A DNA stretch of 63,848 bases, filler included, from Choristocarpus tenellus KU-1152 (Eukaryota; Protista; Phaeophyceae), in NCBI GenBank assembly GCA_964200185.2. It is 13 parts of 13 records of this genome, joined end to end, with 100 filler letters (N's around TTAATTAATTAA, not from the genome) between each part and the next. Parts side by side here need not be neighbours in the genome. Positions count along the whole stretch, not along the records: positions 60,720 to 63,848 come from CAXNAD020022112.1; 12 more parts are not named here. One strand, given 5' to 3'. A program made the translations under genes and the position numbers. Of this stretch, positions 63,750-63,848 are shown piece by piece. Numbering within the stretch: the first letter of the stretch is position 1; the number at the start of each line of letters is the position of its first letter. The notes under the pieces were generated by a model. It worked only from the letters and a program-made list of their open reading frames with translations. It was not told where the DNA came from and made no database searches.

Positions 63750-63848
63750 GACCCAAAGTATCTGGGGGGGGGGGGGGTCTACACCAGGGTGTCCATTTGA
63801 CCCAAAATCAGGAAAAGTGCATTTACATTATCCTTCCAACATTTGCAA
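63750..63848 (-). mobile_element. MITE family A, truncated by window end
   Basis: GACCCAAAGTATCT(G)nTCTACACCAGGGTGTCCATTTG...; left flank AGT. Confidence 0.85.

Overview
Eukaryotic, intron-rich DNA from a photosynthetic stramenopile, most likely a brown alga (inferred from a brown-algal-type LHCF/FCP gene with an intron in the presequence, a ROCO GTPase and TTAGGG-type repeats). The window is not contiguous: it is 13 short contigs (about 3-7.5 kb) joined by artificial 100-bp N44-TTAATTAATTAA-N44 spacers, so most genes are fragments and adjacency across spacers is meaningless. Recognisable genes or fragments, rebuilt by hand from GT-AG splice sites: CFAP58-like last exon, a hemerythrin-like protein with degenerate metal ligands and a CaaX end, a RING-H2 E3, a putatively plastid-targeted SAP+RNase HI, a TTLL polyglutamylase-like C-terminus, a complete LHCF, a MED15-like KIX+polyQ protein, TOR kinase exons, a ROC-COR ROCO protein and tRNA-Leu(AAG). 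The repeat content is dominated by three related MITE families (about 22 copies or ends) with G-initiated TIRs and 3-bp TSDs (PIF/Harbinger-like); two of the families share a sub-terminal TCCATTTGG motif. There are also decayed CRE-type (RLE) and RTE-type non-LTR retrotransposons. I see no convincing prokaryote-style novel system. The best leads are the MITE network, the SAP-RNase H, the prenylated pseudo-hemerythrin, the atypical ROCO and the TGACGT cluster upstream of LHCF. All family assignments rest on motif recognition by eye, not database searches.
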